64,000 nucleotides of DNA from Isurus oxyrinchus (Eukaryota): NCBI GenBank assembly GCA_026770705.1, contig JANJGN010000557.1, forward strand, positions 62,001-126,000, in the 5' to 3' direction. A program made the position numbers and the translations under genes. Shown in pieces: positions 61,101-64,000 of the stretch (position 1 is the first letter of the stretch; the number at the start of each line of letters is the position of its first letter). The notes under the pieces were generated by a model that worked only from the letters and a program-made list of their open reading frames with translations, was not told the origin of the DNA and made no database searches.

Positions 61101-63739
61101 TAAGGGTCTTAAATTGTCTGATTGTTGAATGATACAGCACAGGAGGAGCTCATTTGACCCATCGTGCATGTGCTGGCTCTTTCCCAATTCCTCTCCAGCA
61201 CCTTTCACACAGCCCTGCAAATTTCCCTTCAAGTATTTATCCAGTTCCCCTTCTGAAAGTTCCTGTTGAATCTGCTTCCACCGCCCTTTCAGGCAGTGAG
61301 TCAATGGTCTCTCTCTGAGCTGCAAAGTGCTCAGATTCTGTGAAATTTAAACTCTGCAGCAGATCAGAAACAATCATGATAACTCAGAATATTTGACAGT
61401 TTTACACACAGACAGCTTTGCCTCCCTTCTCTCTTTCAGTTATCTTGCTCCCTTATTGAAGTATCTAGCAAGGTGAGAATGGACAGGAAGTGTGACACTG
61501 AACAGCCTGTCTATTCTAGGAGCTGCTGTGTTGTCTTCATGGGAAATTCTTTTTAAAATCAGCAACAGACACAAATTTCAGATTATTGCTATCAGGATCC
61601 TAGAACCTGGATAGATTTCATCCCCCAGTTTTTATCCCTGATTTTCAGCTCAACCCATCCCTCCCCATCTCTCACTGACCAACACCCGACATCACCTGAA
61701 GTTTAAGATTCTGCTCTCGCTGCTACAATTCTGCTAACCCTGTAACCTCCTCCAGCCCCTACAACCCTCTGAGATCTCTGCTCTCCTCCAATTCTGCTGT
61801 CAGACAGGGAGTCAGTGTATATCAGTGAGCACAGGGGTGATGGGTGAATGGGACTTGGTATGAGTTTGTACACTGGCTCACTGCTGAATCAGTTCCCAGT
61901 CACAGCTCAATAAGAATGATCTTTTACGAAGACTATTGACCATAAATCTGTCCAAGCTGACGATGATATTACCTTGGAAAAGTGACAGGAAGAAGTAAGA
62001 TTTCCCGATCATTGTCCACTCCCAGATATTTCCTCAGCTTCTAACTCTGAAGTTCTGAAAGAGAAAGGAGTTAATGAGACTTCAACTCTTGTCCGACAGC
62101 TCTTGAGAGATCAGAACTGCTTTTAGACAATGTCTTCACAGACTAATTTGATTCTCGGTGGGATGATAGATGCTCTGCAGAGAGTTACAAGGTTTTAAGG
62201 AAGAAAAACAATGAAGGATTTGCATTTCTATACAACCTTTCACCTCCTCAGGGCATCCCAAAGCTCATGTCACTCCACTTCCCTCGCCCCTTGAGCTAGA
62301 AGGATGTTCTGTATGACAGACATGACCCTCACACCCAGATCTCAATAATCATTAGAAATCTTTCAAAGGCATCAATCATTGGAGTCTGTCTTCATAAAGT
62401 CACAACATCAACAAAGGACGGTGTTGGTGGTGGAAGTGAATTCCAATCGTTCCGTTACTTACCCAGGACCTGTCCGACTGCTCGCCTGGGGAGGAACTGC
62501 CCACACGCTCTGCTAAGGCTGAATGACCTCTTCCTGTGCTGATCCATCTGTGTATTTAATTAGAAAGAGCTGATGTGTCACTGTGAGACAAAATGAGGAA
62601 GTTGGAACAAAGTGAGTGAACCGCACTTTGCTGTGCACTGTCAGTAAACCCTGTGTCTGTATAAGAATATAAGAACAGAACAAGTAGGATCAGCTGGACA
62701 CCCTGACATTTTCATTCCTTATATGCCAACCACTCATTTTTTTATCCACTCACTGAAACTATTTATCTCCCTCTGCAGCCTCTTTGTGTCCTCCTCACAA
62801 CTTGCTTTCCTGCCCAGCTTATATATTTCCTACCTATCTTCACCATACAGTCAGAAAATCTGTCTACAGTACAGTCAGTCCCTTCATCCAAGTCACTAAT
62901 GTAGATTGTGAATAGTTGAGGCTTTGAAATATCTGTCTAATTATTCCCACGCTCAGCTCTGCTCTCTCCTCCAAAGCCCTGCAAAATGTCCCCTTCAAGT
63001 ATTTATCCAGTTCCCCTTCTGAAAGTTCCTGTTGAATCTGCTTCCACCGCCCTTTCAGGCAGTGAGTCAATGGTCTCTCTCTGAGCTGCAAAGTGCTCAG
63101 ATTCTGTGAAATTTAAACTCTGCAGCAGATCAGAGACAATCATGATAACTCAGAATATTTGACAGTTCTACACACAGACAGCTTTACCTTCCTTCTCTCT
63201 ATCAGTTATCTTGCTCCCTTATCAAAGTTTCTAGCATGGTGAGAATGGAGAGGAAGTGTGACACTGAACAGCCTGTCTATTCTAGGAGCTGCTGTGTTGT
63301 CTTCATGGGAAATTCTGTCTAATATCAGCAAAAGACACAAATTTCAGGATATTGCCATCAGAATCCTAGCACCTGGATATATTTCATCCCCCAGTTTTTA
63401 TCCCTGACTTTCTGCTCAACCCATTACTCCCCGTCTCTCACTGACCAACACCCGACATCACCTGAAGTTTAAGATTCTGCTCTAGCTGTTACAATCCTGC
63501 CTAATTGGGTAACTGTCTCCAGCCCCTACAACCCTCTCAGATCTCAGCTCTCTTCCAATTCTGCTGTCAGACAGGGAGTCAGTGTATTTCAGTGAGCACA
63601 GGGGTGATGGGTGAATGGGACTTGGTGTGAGTTTGTACACTAGCTCACTGCTGAATCGGTTCCCTATCAGAGCTCAATAAGAATGCTATTTTACAAAGAC
63701 TATTAACCATAAATCTGTCCAAGCTGACGATGATATTAC

Positions 63740-63779
63740 CTTGAAGAAGTGACAGGAGGAAGTAAGATTTCCCGATCAT
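63740..63779 (-). CDS. Additional Siglec leader exon (MIGKSYFLLSLLQ-G|gtaata) in ~1.77-kb tandem duplicate of leader module
   Basis: 62960-64000 duplicates ~61200-62250. No V exon lies between the two leaders. Confidence 0.75.
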
Positions 63780-64000
63780 TGTCAACTCCCAGATATTCCA
63801 TTAGCTTCTCACTCTCAAACTCTGAAAGAGAAAGGAGTTAATGAGACCTCACCTCTTGTCCGACAGCTCTCGTGAGATCAGAACTGCTTTTAGACAAGAC
63901 TTACTTGATTCTCCATGGGATGAGAGGTGCTCTGCAGAGAGTTACTAAGCTTTCAGAAAGAAAAACTATGTAGGGTTTGCATTTCTGTAGCACCTATCAC

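Larger units (their letters stand above)
50108..62012 (-). pseudogene. Siglec-like receptor copy D: leader-V-C2-(C2')-C2-C2-neutral TM-Tyr/ITIM tail; inhibitory type with lesions
   Basis: Leader 62012-61973; V 58546-58181 (YFFRIEFDSRNKYSYY); C2 57321-57025; C2' ending 56535 with TGA; C2 55855-55574; C2 55084-54803 (donor AT); TM 53544-53449 (AGLLGAGICLSVGLSGFFIFKCVRK, 1 nt short). Tail exons 52911-52827, 52090-52015/51986, [51886-50307], 50224-50108 (..DDLYANCDFAKDSVYGNL*). It could be functional if some lesions are assembly errors or the damaged exons are skipped. Confidence 0.7.

Overview
This is eukaryotic, intron-rich DNA, not prokaryotic. The repeat landscape (CR1/L2-like LINEs, 33-bp GAGGGAGTGCTGCACTGTC arrays, CTCAGCAGGTCTGGCAGC SINE-like elements) suggests a shark or other cartilaginous fish. 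Splicing the exons by hand gives an innate-immunity locus with three parts. (1) A plus-strand Siglec-type pseudogene whose V-set exon is cut off by a Gypsy gag-pro remnant. (2) A three-exon hepcidin (HAMP)-like gene missed by the ORF track. Its mature peptide is atypical (29 aa, 8 Cys: MGRQQLCRFCCNCCNWREPNETCGLCCRY), and exon 1 is 1 nt out of phase with exon 2. (3) A minus-strand tandem cluster of four Siglec-like genes. Copies A, B and C have a TM helix with an intramembrane Arg and a 12-aa Tyr-free tail (activating type). Copy D has a neutral TM and a multi-exon tail ending in LYANC...SVYGNL (ITIM-bearing, inhibitory type), but carries several lesions and an in-frame expansion of about 64 x 24 bp. 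Ectodomains are nearly identical except for hypervariable V-set loops. Together this looks like a paired activating/inhibitory Siglec system next to HAMP, echoing mammalian HAMP-MAG-CD22 linkage. Gene models are manual and have not been checked against transcripts.
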